A stretch of DNA of 64,000 nucleotides from Spirochaetia bacterium (GCA_034520965.1 JAXHMY010000009.1:128001-192000); one strand, 5' to 3'; shown: positions 41,229 to 52,956, counted from the stretch's first letter. Made by a program: numbers and translations. The notes: a model not told the origin generated them from the letters alone.

Positions 41229-41999
41229 ATGAGGAGGGGGCGTATCGCACGTCGCTTAAGACTATTTATTCTATTACCGGCGGCTTTTACCTTTTTTATT
41301 GCTTTTTCTTCCGGTATACACAGCAATTTTCTGCAGCAGGCACAGCAGACTACCACGCAGACCCACCCGCAGACTGAAAAACAGGCTGCAGCTATGAAAA
41401 ACAGCTTTGAACTATCCGACTTAATAAAGTCACAGGGATCTTATAATCTAGATGAGATATACACCAACCCCAAATATCGAGGGATAGTAAAGGATTTTTT
41501 TACCCAGCAGACCGGTTCTGCGGAAATCACAGAATATATTTTACGAGAGAGTGAGCGTCACCAACTCCCGGTGAGTCTGACCTTTGCGTTGGCATGGGTA
41601 GAGAGCCGGTTTGACCCGCAGGCGGTGAACTACAATCAGAACTCAATTGACCGGGGTGTATTCCAATTGAATGACCGTTCCTTTCCAAATTTACGGGAAA
41701 GCCAGTTTTTTGATCCGGAGGAAAATATAGCCCACGGAGTAGCCTATCTAAAGTACTGCCTGGAACAGGGCGAGAACCAGGTTACCGCCCTGGCGATGTA
41801 TAATGCGGGCCCCAGACGTGTGAATGAGCAGGGCGCGCCAAGGATGACACTGGAGCATATCAATAAGATCCTTAATTACCGTGAGCAGCTGCAGCAGGAG
41901 TTTGAGGCATCACTTAAAGTAGCCTCATTAACCGCTAAACCGGGGAAAAGCGGAAAAAACATGACCAATGTAGTTGACAGGAACAAGCTATCTAAATAG
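41229..41999 (+). CDS. SLT-domain lytic transglycosylase
   Basis: ALAWVESRF, DRGVFQLN, NIAHGVAYL, ALAMYNAG; N-terminal TM. Confidence 0.85.
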   Translation: MRRGRIARRLRLFILLPAAFTFFIAFSSGIHSNFLQQAQQTTTQTHPQTEKQAAAMKNSFELSDLIKSQGSYNLDEIYTNPKYRGIVKDFFTQQTGSAEITEYILRESERHQLPVSLTFALAWVESRFDPQAVNYNQNSIDRGVFQLNDRSFPNLRESQFFDPEENIAHGVAYLKYCLEQGENQVTALAMYNAGPRRVNEQGAPRMTLEHINKILNYREQLQQEFEASLKVASLTAKPGKSGKNMTNVVDRNKLSK

Positions 42000-42008
42000 C
42001 GTGACTGC

Positions 42009-43928
42009 ATGATTATCGTTCTGAAGCAGGGGATAAGCCCTCAGGAAAAACAGGAAACTCGTACTTTTTTAGAGCAGCACGGGTATAAGGTCCGTGAGAT
42101 CGTCGGCGAAGAGGATACCGTCCTCGGGGCAGTCGGACGAGTACAAATGGATGTGCGCGAGGTCGAACTGTTACCGGGGGTTGATCGGGTAATACCTATT
42201 TCAAAACCCTACAAACTGGCCTCCCGCGAGCTAAAAAAAGAAGATACTATTGTCAGTATCGGGCCGGTCAGAATCGGAAGGGGACGTATTGCGGTAATTA
42301 CCGGTCCATGTGCAGTAGAAAACCGCGAACAAATGATGGAATCCGCCGCTCACGCCTACGAGGCCGGAGCAGTTATGCTGCGCGGCGGTGCATTTAAGCC
42401 GCGGACCTCCCCCTACTCCTTTCAGGGGCTGGGAGAAGAGGGCTTAAAACTGCTGAAAGAGGCTGGTGAGGCCTACGGCATGCCCGTGGCAACAGAAATA
42501 ATTGGAACCGACTATGTGGAGATGTTTAATGAATATGTAGATGTCATCCAGATCGGTGCCCGCAATATGCAGAACTTTGAGCTGCTGAAGCGGGTAGGTG
42601 CGCTGGCGAAACCGGTTATTCTAAAACGGGGGCTGTCGGCGACTATCGAAGAGTGGCTGATGGCGGCTGAGTACCTTATGGCCCATGGAACCGATGATGT
42701 TATTCTCTGTGAACGCGGAATTAGGACTTTTGAAACCTATACTCGTAATACCCTCGATTTGTCGGCTATTCCAGTAATAAAAAAGCTGAGTCATCTGCCG
42801 ATTATCGTGGACCCGAGTCATGGAACCGGTATCCGGGAGAAAGTAGCTCCGATGGCCTTAGCGGCTGTGGCTGCCGGAGCCGATGGATTGATGGTAGAAA
42901 TGCATCCTCATCCGGACCAGGCGCTCTCCGATGGACCTCAGTCATTGTATCCCGAGCAGTTTGAACGGCTTATGCGTGATATCGAGGCAATTGCACCGGT
43001 GCTTGAAAAAGAGCTGGAGCGCATACCGGAGCGCAAGACAGCCCTTGGGATGGACTTTTCTTCGGAAACTCTTAGAGGTACTGAAAAGGATACGGCAACC
43101 GCCGGAAAAGTGGCTTTTCAGGGGGTGCGGGGAGCTTACAGTGAATCTGCGGTGGAGCGTTTTTTTGGTTCTGGATATACCGCAGAGCCCCGCGGCTCCT
43201 TTGCCGAGGTGTTTAAGTCGGTCCTTCAGGGCGAGGTTGCCTACGGAGCCGTACCAATAGAGAACTCCCTGGCTGGAACAGTGCATGAGGTGCTGGACCT
43301 TCTGTTGCAGTATAGGGATATTCGGGTAGTGGGCGAGCAGAAAATTCGGATTATTCACAGTCTCATTTCGGTGAAAGGTGCCTCAGTGGAAGGTCTGAAA
43401 AAGGTCTACAGCCATCCTCAGGGTTTAGCGCAGTGTTCCCGCTTTTTCGATGACCACCGGCAGATCGAACGCATCCCATTTTTTGATACAGCCGGGGCGG
43501 TTGCCCATGTTGCTCAAATGCAGGACCCTAGCCTGGGAGCAGTTGCCGGGCGCGAAGCTGCCAAAGTGTATAATATGGAAGTAATGAAAGAGGGGATAGA
43601 AAACAATCCGCGTAATTACACCCGCTTCTTCATCATTGCCCGAGAGGAGACAAGCACTACCCGAACGCCCAACCGGGCGGCTCTGGTTTTTTCTACCCAG
43701 GATAAACCGGGGGCCTTATTTCATGTGCTTCAGATACTGGCTGATTACGGCTTAAATATGAAGAAATTAGAATCGCGACCGATTCAGGGCAAGCCGTGGA
43801 ACTATATGTTTTTTGTGGCGGTGGAACTGCCCGATGACCAGAAAGTATTGAACACAGCCATAGAAAAGATGTCGGAATCGGCGGTGGATGTGCGCCTGCT
43901 GGGGCATTACCTTGTAAAGGGCGAGTAA
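42009..43928 (+). CDS. aroF: DAHP synthase (type I-beta) fused to prephenate dehydratase
   Basis: GPCAVE, GGAFKPRTSPYSFQG, IGARNMQN, DPSHGTG, then FQGVRGAYSE, PIENS, SHPQGLAQC, NYTRF, LESRP. Confidence 0.93.
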   Translation: MIIVLKQGISPQEKQETRTFLEQHGYKVREIVGEEDTVLGAVGRVQMDVREVELLPGVDRVIPISKPYKLASRELKKEDTIVSIGPVRIGRGRIAVITGPCAVENREQMMESAAHAYEAGAVMLRGGAFKPRTSPYSFQGLGEEGLKLLKEAGEAYGMPVATEIIGTDYVEMFNEYVDVIQIGARNMQNFELLKRVGALAKPVILKRGLSATIEEWLMAAEYLMAHGTDDVILCERGIRTFETYTRNTLDLSAIPVIKKLSHLPIIVDPSHGTGIREKVAPMALAAVAAGADGLMVEMHPHPDQALSDGPQSLYPEQFERLMRDIEAIAPVLEKELERIPERKTALGMDFSSETLRGTEKDTATAGKVAFQGVRGAYSESAVERFFGSGYTAEPRGSFAEVFKSVLQGEVAYGAVPIENSLAGTVHEVLDLLLQYRDIRVVGEQKIRIIHSLISVKGASVEGLKKVYSHPQGLAQCSRFFDDHRQIERIPFFDTAGAVAHVAQMQDPSLGAVAGREAAKVYNMEVMKEGIENNPRNYTRFFIIAREETSTTRTPNRAALVFSTQDKPGALFHVLQILADYGLNMKKLESRPIQGKPWNYMFFVAVELPDDQKVLNTAIEKMSESAVDVRLLGHYLVKGE

Positions 43929-43933
43929 ACTTT

Positions 43934-43956
43934 CTCCGGCGTCTATTTAGCCGGAG
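43934..43956. terminator. Hairpin between convergent genes
   Basis: ctccggc/gccggag stem with A/T-rich flanks. Confidence 0.45.
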
Positions 43957-45362
43957 GGTTTTACCCCAAGCTTCTTCAGCTGTTCCTCTTCTTCTTTGCC
44001 GGATACATATTCATGCTTCTTTTGGTTGGCCTTTACCACTGCATTTTTAAGAGCGGTAATTTCCAATTTGATTCCCTTAATTAGAGTTCTTTGGGAACGT
44101 GAGGTTTCGCTTTTGAAGTAGGTGTCCAGTGCGGGAAGTTTAAGCAGGTAATTTTGAATATCTTCGATAGTGTTTGAGAGTAATTTAAACAGCCTGTCTT
44201 CGCTCGACTGTTCTAGTTTCTGATATGTAGGGCTTAGGCGGTTGCCCATTGCAGCAATTACTCTCGATTTTTTCAGGGCATCATCCACAAACTGGTCAAA
44301 ATTTACGCGCATGGTTTTCGGCATTGCCGTTTTCTGGTCGATGTACTCAATTTCATACACTCGCTGTTCACCCTGTTTTTGAACCATATTCAGTACCCAG
44401 CGACGGAACTTTTCGCTAAAAGTGATTTTTCGGTTCTCTATGACCGTGCTGTTGTATTTAAGTTTTTGTACGGCCTGTTCAAGGGGCGTGCTGCCGGATG
44501 CAAGAATCCGATACGCTTCAAGTAAGAGTGGTTTGAAAGATTTTTGCTGTTGGTTCTCGTCTTTTTTCTTTTCAACTTCCAGTTTTTTAAGGGTGTCTAT
44601 GCGGCGCTGTTCAGCTCCCGGCCCGCTTTGCTCATCAAGTACCTCCTCAATGAGCTCGGGATAATACGCAGTTCCGCTCATGTAGTGGTTAAATTTGGCT
44701 TTGACGGCCTTGATAACATCTCCACGACGATCTTCCAGCGCTTCAGGCTTTAAGTTCATTGCGTTGAACATCTGAAGACGAAAATCGTACTTATAACGTT
44801 CCCGCTGGTAGACCGTGATTTTCTTAAGTATCGCGAGAATTAGTTTTGATTTCTTTTCCAATTGGCGAATGCTGTCTTCCAGTATGGAGTTTGTTAGATC
44901 CTCCTGCCCCGGAGTTATTCTCTTTACTACCTCTGCTAAGACCTTGGTGTTAAGATTAGCACTGGTTTCTGTGAATGCATTCCACTTGATATAGGTAACT
45001 ATATCAACCAGCTGTTTCACATTGGGCAGGGATATATAATCAAGATTAAACTGGTAATAGTTATTGAGGAACTCCAAGATTGAATCGTATATCGACAGCC
45101 GCTGACTGATTACTTCTTTTTTTTCCGACTCTTTCATCGGTCCGGTAGGAGGAGTGGTAACCTCTGAAATTTTCAATTCATGCTTATAAGGGTCTTCTAC
45201 CAACAGTCCCTTGCGCAGAAGAATGTCGTACAAGGCCTGAAAGGACTGGTGGAAATAGCGGAACTGTTCTTTTAGTTGAGGAATTTCGTTTCTCTCTAAA
45301 GAGCTCCGGTAGTTTTGTAAGGCAGTCTCCAAAGACTGAAAATAATCGCTATTCTCTTCCAT
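43947..45362 (-). CDS. Hypothetical helical protein
   Basis: Long ORF with normal composition; no motif recognised. Confidence 0.6.
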   Translation of the reverse strand: MEENSDYFQSLETALQNYRSSLERNEIPQLKEQFRYFHQSFQALYDILLRKGLLVEDPYKHELKISEVTTPPTGPMKESEKKEVISQRLSIYDSILEFLNNYYQFNLDYISLPNVKQLVDIVTYIKWNAFTETSANLNTKVLAEVVKRITPGQEDLTNSILEDSIRQLEKKSKLILAILKKITVYQRERYKYDFRLQMFNAMNLKPEALEDRRGDVIKAVKAKFNHYMSGTAYYPELIEEVLDEQSGPGAEQRRIDTLKKLEVEKKKDENQQQKSFKPLLLEAYRILASGSTPLEQAVQKLKYNSTVIENRKITFSEKFRRWVLNMVQKQGEQRVYEIEYIDQKTAMPKTMRVNFDQFVDDALKKSRVIAAMGNRLSPTYQKLEQSSEDRLFKLLSNTIEDIQNYLLKLPALDTYFKSETSRSQRTLIKGIKLEITALKNAVVKANQKKHEYVSGKEEEEQLKKLGVKPSG

Positions 45363-45415
45363 TGTAGCTATATTATCATATAAACTGGAGATTGTAGCAA
45401 TACAGGAGAACCTTA

Positions 45416-45952
45416 ATGGGAGAAATACTAGCATTCACACCGGAAAAATTAATCATTGGTATTTTATGCAGTCATCCTGAGTGTGTAAGGGAAATTGAAA
45501 ATCCCCTTGCCGAGCAGTTTGGTCCCATAGATTACCGGAGCGAAGCGATTCCATTTACCTTTACCGATTATTATGAGCAGGAGATGGGGGCAGAGCTTAT
45601 CCGTTTTTTTGTCTCATTCGAGCAGCTTGTTGCTCCCGATCAGCTTTCAGACTTTAAGCTAAGGACGAATCGGCTGGAGAAGGAATTTCTGGTAGCGGGG
45701 AAGCGCAAGGTAAACTTAGATCCGGGACTGCTGTCGCTCGGTAAATTAATCCTGGCCTCCACAAAGGACAATGCCCAACGAATCCCCCTTGCCGATGGTA
45801 TTTTTGGGGAGATTACCTTGATATACCGCCGTAAAGGGTACAGCGCCCTGCCGTGGACTTATCGGGACTACCAATCAGAGGCTTACCATCGTATCCTGCT
45901 CCAGATTCGCAGCCGCTATAAACAGCAGCTGCAGGCTGCCGGGTATCTTTAG
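45416..45952 (+). CDS. DUF4416-family protein
   Basis: FTDYYEQEMG, K..TN.LE, R.VNLDPG, LASTK, LPWTY.DY. Confidence 0.8.
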   Translation: MGEILAFTPEKLIIGILCSHPECVREIENPLAEQFGPIDYRSEAIPFTFTDYYEQEMGAELIRFFVSFEQLVAPDQLSDFKLRTNRLEKEFLVAGKRKVNLDPGLLSLGKLILASTKDNAQRIPLADGIFGEITLIYRRKGYSALPWTYRDYQSEAYHRILLQIRSRYKQQLQAAGYL

Positions 45953-46056
45953 CTTTTTCAATTCAGGCACTTTCAAAAAACGAAGATTTTAAAATTCCAA
46001 GGCTTTTAGTTGAAGCAGAGTCTCTTCCCCTCCTGTAGTTATTACCAGGGGGAACC

Positions 46057-46893
46057 ATGCAAGGCGTAACAGGTTTCCGGGATAGAACCCGTTTGGCAGC
46101 GGCTGCACTGTGTATCCTCTGGTCTGTGTATATCAGCGGCTGCAGTGCAGTGTTCGACTTGTTGCCGAAGGTGAGGCTTCAGGTAAATATACCGAAATCA
46201 ACCTGGCAGGAGGCGGGCGTTCCGGTAGCCCACCGGGTGGTGTATCCGGATAGGTACGGAGATCTTCAGACACTTTTCCTGCCGGCGGGAGTTAATACAG
46301 CGGTAATTGAAGTGCAGCGTGGCTGCAATGTACCGGTATTGGCCTATCCTTTGGGGCGCTTAGCTCCGGCAGGGGGCTGTGTGTCCAGTCATATTCAGCT
46401 GGACCTGTTTGGCACCAATAATGTGTTACCCCTTAGGTATCGCTATGGTCCGGCGGCACAGCTGCTGCAGGATCTGTGGCAGCTGTCGGAACGCTGTCAA
46501 ACTGTTTGTGTAGAGGCGTTGGTCACAGAGCTGGTAAAGGAGGGGGATGGAGATCCATGGAACTGCGATTTTGACAGAGTAAAAGGGGCAATCGCCCGGG
46601 GCCGTCTGAACCGGCTGCATGTCCGCAGTATGAATACTACCTCCATTTCTATAGAACTTCCTGCTGAAGACTGGATTCCCGGAAATCTCTTTTTTCAGGG
46701 GGCTATTGAGGTCGACGTAGATGCTGACGGGGCGGGCCGGGGCGAAATGGTTCCTGTTCGCTTCAGTGGTCTGTATCCGGGGCGACACCTTTTTTTCTCT
46801 CCGACCAGCGGCTTAGAACTCCACATATATGTCGATAAAAAAGGAGGCTGCCGCTATGTCTGCGACAGCCTCGCCAATTTTGCCTCTTACTAA
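46057..46893 (+). CDS. Hypothetical lipoprotein
   Basis: Lipobox ISGC; GGGGG RBS. Confidence 0.55.
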   Translation: MQGVTGFRDRTRLAAAALCILWSVYISGCSAVFDLLPKVRLQVNIPKSTWQEAGVPVAHRVVYPDRYGDLQTLFLPAGVNTAVIEVQRGCNVPVLAYPLGRLAPAGGCVSSHIQLDLFGTNNVLPLRYRYGPAAQLLQDLWQLSERCQTVCVEALVTELVKEGDGDPWNCDFDRVKGAIARGRLNRLHVRSMNTTSISIELPAEDWIPGNLFFQGAIEVDVDADGAGRGEMVPVRFSGLYPGRHLFFSPTSGLELHIYVDKKGGCRYVCDSLANFASY

Positions 46894-46931
46894 TTATGGA
46901 TACTACTGGGTGTGGTTTTATTTTACCACTT

Positions 46932-49340
46932 TTATTTTACCACAATGTTTACCAGTTTATCCTTTACCGCAATCACCTTTACAACCTGTTTTCCACCGGT
47001 CCATTGGGCGATGCGTTCGTTCTCGACGGCAGTTTTCTTTAGTGTTTCCTCTTCGGTACCGGCGGGCAGGTTTACCTTTGCCCGGACTTTGCCGTTGACC
47101 TGCAGTACTACCGTCACCTCTTCTTCCTTGGTAAGCTCCTCGTCCCACTGGGGCCAGGGCGAATCGGAAATTGAGGGGGTGTTGCCAAGTTTAACCCACA
47201 TCTCTTCACCCAGATGGGGAGCATATGGGGAAATTAGCTGGACAAAGGGTTCCCACAGGGCTCGGTAAATCTGCTTTTCCTGAAAAATTTCGTTGATAAA
47301 AATCATCATCTGGGCAATGGCGGTGTTGAACTCAAGCCCCTCCGTATCCTCAGTTACCTTTTTGATAGTCTTATGCAGCAGCTGCAGATAGTGTTTAGGC
47401 GGCTGCTCATCAATCACAGGCCGGTCGGAAACCCGCCACACGCGGTCGAGAAAACGGTGCACTCCGGCCAGTCCCTTTGTAGACCAGGCTTTTGATACCT
47501 GCAGCGGCCCCATGAACATTTCGTACATGCGCATAGAATCGGCACCAAAATCACGGATAATATCATCGGGGTTAATGACGTTACCCAGGGATTTGGACAT
47601 TTTTACCCCGCCCTCGCCAAGGATCATTCCCTGGTTGACCAGCCGCTGGAAGGGCTCTTTTGTGTTCACGACCCCGATGTCATACAGCACCTTGTGCCAG
47701 AAGCGGGCGTAGAGCAGGTGCAGCACCGCATGTTCGGCCCCGCCGACGTATAAATCAACCGGCATCCAGTACTTGATTTTGTCAAGATCGGCCAGTTGAG
47801 TCTCGTTTTTCGGGTCGAGGTAGCGCAGATAGTACCAGCATGAGCCGGCCCACTGGGGCATAGTGTTGGTCTCCCGCTTTCCGGGGCCTCCACACTTCGG
47901 ACAGGTGGTATTTATCCACTCATCGATAGCTGCTAAGGGCGATTCGCCGGTGCCGGTGGGTGTGTATGAGTCTACCTCCGGCAGGGTAAGGGGCAGCTCC
48001 TCTTCGGGCAGCGGAACGGGGCCGCACTTTTCGCAGTGTACAATCGGGATCGGCTCGCCCCAATAGCGCTGGCGGCTGAAAATCCAGTCGCGCAGTTTGT
48101 AGTTTACCGCCCGCTTGCCGAGCCCTCTGGACTCGAGCCAGTTGATTATTTTTTCAATAGAATCTTCTTTATTTAAGCCGTCCAGGAACTCGGAGTTTAC
48201 ATGCAGACCGTCGCCGACATAGGCCTCGTTCTGCACATCTCCGCCTTGTAATACCTCGATAATCGGCAGACCAAACTTTTTAGCAAACTCCCAGTCACGC
48301 TGGTCGTGTCCCGGTACCGCCATAATGGCACCGGAACCGTAGGAAATTAGTACGTAATCCGCCACCCAAATGGGAATCTCTTTCCCGTTGACCGGATTGA
48401 TGGCATAGGTGCCGGTAAAGACACCGGTTTTATCCTTTGCCAGATCGGTCCGCTCAAGGTCGGACTTCTTCTGGGCCTCTTCCAGATAAGCCTGGACTTT
48501 GGCACGGTGATCGCCACTGGTCACATGCTCTACCAAGGGGTGTTCGGGGGAGAGTACCATATAGGTTGCCCCGAAGAGGGTGTCCGGGCGGGTAGTGTAT
48601 ACTTCAAACTCATCACTGCCGTCTGCCAGCTTAAACTTGACGTTCGCCCCTTCGGAGCGGCCGATCCAGTTACGCTGCATGGATTTGATGGATTCGGTCC
48701 AGTCCAGCAGTTCAAGATCTTCCAGCAGTCGGTCGGCATATTCGGTTATTTTCAGAATCCACTGGCGGATGCTCTTGCGGTTTACCTCAGCGCCGCAGCG
48801 ATCGCAGCGGCCATCCTTTACCTCTTCGTTGGCCAACCCGGTTTTACAGGAGGGGCACCAGTTAATCGGTGCTTCATCTTCGTAAGCGAGCCCTTGTTCA
48901 AAGAGTTTAAGAAAAATCCATTGGGTCCATCTGTAATATTCCGGTCGGTGAGTTGAGACTTGACGGTCCCAGTCGTAGCTAAAACCCAGAGTTTTGATCT
49001 GGTTAATAAATAAATTGATGTTTTCTTCAGTCGTTACCCGAGGCTGGGTACCGGTTTTGATGGCGTAGTTTTCCGCCGGCAGGCCGAAGGAATCGAAGCC
49101 CATCGGGTGGAGCACTTTATAGCCCCGCATACGCATAAAGCGGCTGTAAATGTCGGAGGCCGTATAGCCTTCGGGGTGGCCTACATGCAAGCCCTGACTT
49201 GATGGATAGGGAAACATATCTAGTACATACAGTCGTCTTTCTTCAGGAACAGAAGGGTCTTCGGTTACCTTAAACGTCTTCTGTTCATCCCAGTATTCCT
49301 GCCATTTCTTTTCGATCTCGTTAAATGGGTATTTGCTCAT
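46932..49340 (-). CDS. leuS: Leucine--tRNA ligase
   Basis: [39 protein letters not shown]. Confidence 0.97.
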   Translation of the reverse strand: MSKYPFNEIEKKWQEYWDEQKTFKVTEDPSVPEERRLYVLDMFPYPSSQGLHVGHPEGYTASDIYSRFMRMRGYKVLHPMGFDSFGLPAENYAIKTGTQPRVTTEENINLFINQIKTLGFSYDWDRQVSTHRPEYYRWTQWIFLKLFEQGLAYEDEAPINWCPSCKTGLANEEVKDGRCDRCGAEVNRKSIRQWILKITEYADRLLEDLELLDWTESIKSMQRNWIGRSEGANVKFKLADGSDEFEVYTTRPDTLFGATYMVLSPEHPLVEHVTSGDHRAKVQAYLEEAQKKSDLERTDLAKDKTGVFTGTYAINPVNGKEIPIWVADYVLISYGSGAIMAVPGHDQRDWEFAKKFGLPIIEVLQGGDVQNEAYVGDGLHVNSEFLDGLNKEDSIEKIINWLESRGLGKRAVNYKLRDWIFSRQRYWGEPIPIVHCEKCGPVPLPEEELPLTLPEVDSYTPTGTGESPLAAIDEWINTTCPKCGGPGKRETNTMPQWAGSCWYYLRYLDPKNETQLADLDKIKYWMPVDLYVGGAEHAVLHLLYARFWHKVLYDIGVVNTKEPFQRLVNQGMILGEGGVKMSKSLGNVINPDDIIRDFGADSMRMYEMFMGPLQVSKAWSTKGLAGVHRFLDRVWRVSDRPVIDEQPPKHYLQLLHKTIKKVTEDTEGLEFNTAIAQMMIFINEIFQEKQIYRALWEPFVQLISPYAPHLGEEMWVKLGNTPSISDSPWPQWDEELTKEEEVTVVLQVNGKVRAKVNLPAGTEEETLKKTAVENERIAQWTGGKQVVKVIAVKDKLVNIVVK

Positions 49341-49402
49341 GGCCGAATGATATTCACTCACGCCGTTTGCGTCAACTGCTATGGCGTACTACTGCAGCGA
49401 TT

Positions 49403-50662
49403 CTATTGTGGTTCCCCGTCCAGGGTATGGGGGGTAAACAGAACCGTTTCTATGCGTTTACGGCGGAGGTTCTCAACGATGAAGGTTCCCTTAGGGGTCT
49501 CTATCTTCTGATTTTTAACCGGCATAGTGCCTATTTTTTCTATCAGCAGACCTCCGAGGGTCTGTACATACTTACTGTGGGTAAAGGTAATGTCAAAACG
49601 GTCTTCAATCTGGTGCAGTGAGGTATCACCGGTTATTCTATAATTGTTGTCCCCCAGGGGCGTTATTTTTTCCCAGCCCTGGATTTCATTCTCATCGTAC
49701 AGTTCGCCGAACAACTCCTCCGCCACATCCTCCAGCGTGACGATTCCCGCCAGGCCACCGTACTCGTCCATCACCACCGCTATGTTGAGTTTCTCTCTCT
49801 TAAAGAGAAAGAAAAGTTCGTTCACTTTTCGTGTTTCAGAGACAAATATCGGCTTAGTCATAATTTCACGAATCGTAATATCTCCGCGATCCTCTGCAAT
49901 TGCTCGCATCATATCCCGCACCAGCAGTATTCCGACAATATACTCCGGATTCTCATCGTCATCGTATACCGGTATGCGTGAGTAACCCTCTTTCGTTATT
50001 TCTGTGAGCACCTCTTTGATGGGGGTATCGGCCTCAAGGCTGAAGACATCGGTGCGATGGGTCATGATGGTCTGGACCTGGGTGTCGTTAAAACGGAATA
50101 CGCTTTTTACCATGCGGGTCTCGTAACTCTCGACTATGCCCTCGCGCTCGGCTAAATGAACCATGTGGAGAATTCCGTCGAGGGATGTATGGGCCTTTTT
50201 TGCAGGAGTAAAAGCGCGGGTGATAGCCGAGCTTACAAAGCCGATTAATTTAATAAAGGGAAAAAGTATAATCGAAAGCACAAGGATTGGGTAAGCCATC
50301 CGCAGGGCGAGTTTTTCACTGTGAATGATCGCCAGCTGCTTTGGAGTGACCTCCGCAAAGATAAGAATGATGAGGGTGAGAACTCCCGTCATTATTCCGA
50401 CCACCTGATTGCCGAATACTCTCACGGTGAATTGGGTAGCAACCGCCGATGCGGCAATATTTACCAGGTTATTTCCGATAAGAATGGTGGTAAGCAGGGT
50501 GTCGGGGCGGGAGCTGAGTTTTTCAACTAATTTACCCCCCTTTCCTTGGTGTTTTGTCAGCGACTGCACTTGGATAAACGAGAGCGAAGTGTAGGCGGTC
50601 TCGGTAGAAGAAAAAACGGCCGATAACACTATCAAGATAAAGATGGTAATTAACTCATACAT
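49403..50662 (-). CDS. CNNM/CBS/CorC-HlyC family membrane protein
   Basis: FSSTETA, ILIGNNLVN, EVTPK, YSRIPVY, DEYGG..GIVTLED. Confidence 0.9.
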   Translation of the reverse strand: MYELITIFILIVLSAVFSSTETAYTSLSFIQVQSLTKHQGKGGKLVEKLSSRPDTLLTTILIGNNLVNIAASAVATQFTVRVFGNQVVGIMTGVLTLIILIFAEVTPKQLAIIHSEKLALRMAYPILVLSIILFPFIKLIGFVSSAITRAFTPAKKAHTSLDGILHMVHLAEREGIVESYETRMVKSVFRFNDTQVQTIMTHRTDVFSLEADTPIKEVLTEITKEGYSRIPVYDDDENPEYIVGILLVRDMMRAIAEDRGDITIREIMTKPIFVSETRKVNELFFLFKREKLNIAVVMDEYGGLAGIVTLEDVAEELFGELYDENEIQGWEKITPLGDNNYRITGDTSLHQIEDRFDITFTHSKYVQTLGGLLIEKIGTMPVKNQKIETPKGTFIVENLRRKRIETVLFTPHTLDGEPQ

Positions 50663-50971
50663 CGCGTAACTCCCTCAGGCCTGAGGCGGACTTTGAGCCC
50701 CTCATTGAGGACTTCGAGGCTGTGCAGGACACACCTATATCTGTTTTGAAAACGGTGGAAGTAGGTTTAATTTTTGATGATAAAGGATCGTCGTCGTCCA
50801 TGATGTGCACTAAAAATATATACCTATTAAGCGAGAAGTGCAAGTGGCAAATTTCGAGGCAAAGGTACAGAGCAAAGGAACAGAGCAAATTCGTATTTGC
50901 CGTCGGGGCATAAATTTTGTATATTTTTTACCAGAACACACACATATTGCAGTATATACAAGGAGACATGC

Positions 50972-52846
50972 ATGGCCAAACACAAGTTCAAGACGGAAGT
51001 ATCTCAACTTCTGAATCTTATTATTCACAGTCTGTATTCACACAAAGAGATTTTTCTGCGCGAGCTTATTTCCAACGCATCAGATGCGCTGGATAAGCTG
51101 AAATACCGCACTCTGACCGATGACGAGTTTAAGCAGATGAATTTCGATCCCCGTATCGAGATTTTTTTTGATGAAGATGGACAGAAGACTCTCACCATAA
51201 AAGATAACGGTATCGGTATGAACAGCGACGATCTGGATGAACAGTTGGGTACCATTGCCCGTTCAGGGACCAAGAACTTCTTAAACCAGTTAACCGGCGA
51301 TTCTAAGCAGGATGCAAACCTGATAGGTCAGTTTGGAGTTGGTTTTTACTCGGTGTTTATGGTGGCCGATAAGGTTGAAGTACTTACCAGGCGGGCCGGA
51401 GAAGATACAGCCTGGCTGTGGACCAGTGCCGGTGAGGAAAACTACACCATCAAAGAGGCCGAGCGTCCGGAGAGTGGTACCACCGTGACCCTGCATCTGA
51501 ATGACGAAGGGTCGGAGTATGCCAACCGCTGGCAGATAGAACAGCTGGTAAAAAAGTACTCCGACCATATCGCCTTTCCTATCTTTCTTGAGTACGACCA
51601 GAAGAGTTACGAAGGGGAGGGTGAAGATAAAAAGGAGAAGTACGAGCACAAGCGCGAGCAGGTGAACCGAGCCTCCGCTCTCTGGAAGCGCCCCAAATCG
51701 GAGATTACCGAAGACGAGTATTACGAATTTTATAAAACTATTAGCCATGATAACGAAGACCCTATGCACTACCTTCACACCAAAGCTGAAGGAACCCTGC
51801 AGTACACCACCCTCTTCTTTATTCCGCAAAAAGCACCCTTTGATATGTACCAGGCCGATTATGAGGCGGGGGTAAAACTATATGTGAGCCGTGTGTTTAT
51901 TACCGATGATTCGAAAGAGCTGATGCCCACGTATCTGCGCTTTGTCCGCGGTATTATAGACTCGGATGACCTCCCCTTGAATGTGAGCCGTGAGATTCTG
52001 CAGCAGAACCGGATTATGAACCAGATTCGTTCCAGCTCAGTGAAGAAGCTGCTGGCGGAGTTCAAACAGTTATCTGAAAATAACCCCGAAAAGTACGGCA
52101 AGTTCATAGAACAGTATAACCGTCCCCTGAAAGAGGGCTTGTACAGCGATTTTACCAACCGTGAGACCCTGATGGAATTGGTGCGCTTTAAGTCGACCGA
52201 TGCGGAAGGTTTTACCAGCCTGGCCGAGTATAAGGAGCGGATGAATGAGGACCAGAAGGCGATCTATTATATAACCGGCGAAAAAGAAGAGACCCTGCGG
52301 AACTCTCCGCTGCTGGAGGCTTACAAGAAGAAGGGTATTGAAGTTCTGATTATGGACGACGACATCGACGAGATTGTGGTGCCTTCTATCGGGACCTACC
52401 AGGAAACCGAGCTAAAATCGGTAAACCGCAGCGGCTCGGCGGAGGAATTGAAAACCGATGAGGATGAGGCAAAAGGGAAAGAGCTCGAACCCCTGTTGAA
52501 GAAGATTAAAGATATCCTCGGCGACCGGGTAAAGGATGTAGTCTCTTCTAACCGCCTAAGCGACTCCCCCTCCTGTATTGTAGCCGACGAGAACGACCCC
52601 ACTATGCAGATGCAGCAGATGCTCAAGGCAATGGGGCAGCAGGATATCCCCGAGATGAAACCGATCCTCGAGGTAAATCCGGACCACTCAATAGTCAAGC
52701 GGCTGCAGAACTCTGATGATAAAGCCCTGCTGGAAGATGTAAGCTACCTGCTGCTGGAACAGGCTATGCTGGTGGAGGGAGCCGAGCTGAAAACACCGGC
52801 GGACTTCGTGAAGCGCCTTAACCGTATTTTGGAGAAGGCGGTATAA
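50972..52846 (+). CDS. htpG: Chaperone HtpG (Hsp90)
   Basis: HSLYSHKEIFLRELISNASDA, DNGIGM, IGQFGVGFYS, DLPLNVSRE. Confidence 0.97.
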   Translation: MAKHKFKTEVSQLLNLIIHSLYSHKEIFLRELISNASDALDKLKYRTLTDDEFKQMNFDPRIEIFFDEDGQKTLTIKDNGIGMNSDDLDEQLGTIARSGTKNFLNQLTGDSKQDANLIGQFGVGFYSVFMVADKVEVLTRRAGEDTAWLWTSAGEENYTIKEAERPESGTTVTLHLNDEGSEYANRWQIEQLVKKYSDHIAFPIFLEYDQKSYEGEGEDKKEKYEHKREQVNRASALWKRPKSEITEDEYYEFYKTISHDNEDPMHYLHTKAEGTLQYTTLFFIPQKAPFDMYQADYEAGVKLYVSRVFITDDSKELMPTYLRFVRGIIDSDDLPLNVSREILQQNRIMNQIRSSSVKKLLAEFKQLSENNPEKYGKFIEQYNRPLKEGLYSDFTNRETLMELVRFKSTDAEGFTSLAEYKERMNEDQKAIYYITGEKEETLRNSPLLEAYKKKGIEVLIMDDDIDEIVVPSIGTYQETELKSVNRSGSAEELKTDEDEAKGKELEPLLKKIKDILGDRVKDVVSSNRLSDSPSCIVADENDPTMQMQQMLKAMGQQDIPEMKPILEVNPDHSIVKRLQNSDDKALLEDVSYLLLEQAMLVEGAELKTPADFVKRLNRILEKAV

Positions 52847-52889
52847 GCCCCGTCAAGCTATTATATTAAAGCGCTAATGTTTTCCAATT

Positions 52890-52937
52890 AAAAAGCGGCC
52901 CGCTGCGCTGAAAGGTATGTGCGGCGCCGCTTTTTTT
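52890..52937 (+). terminator. Intrinsic terminator after htpG
   Basis: aaaaagcggc...gccgcttttttt stem with T tract. Confidence 0.6.
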
Positions 52938-52956
52938 GTTATACTAAATCCCATCT

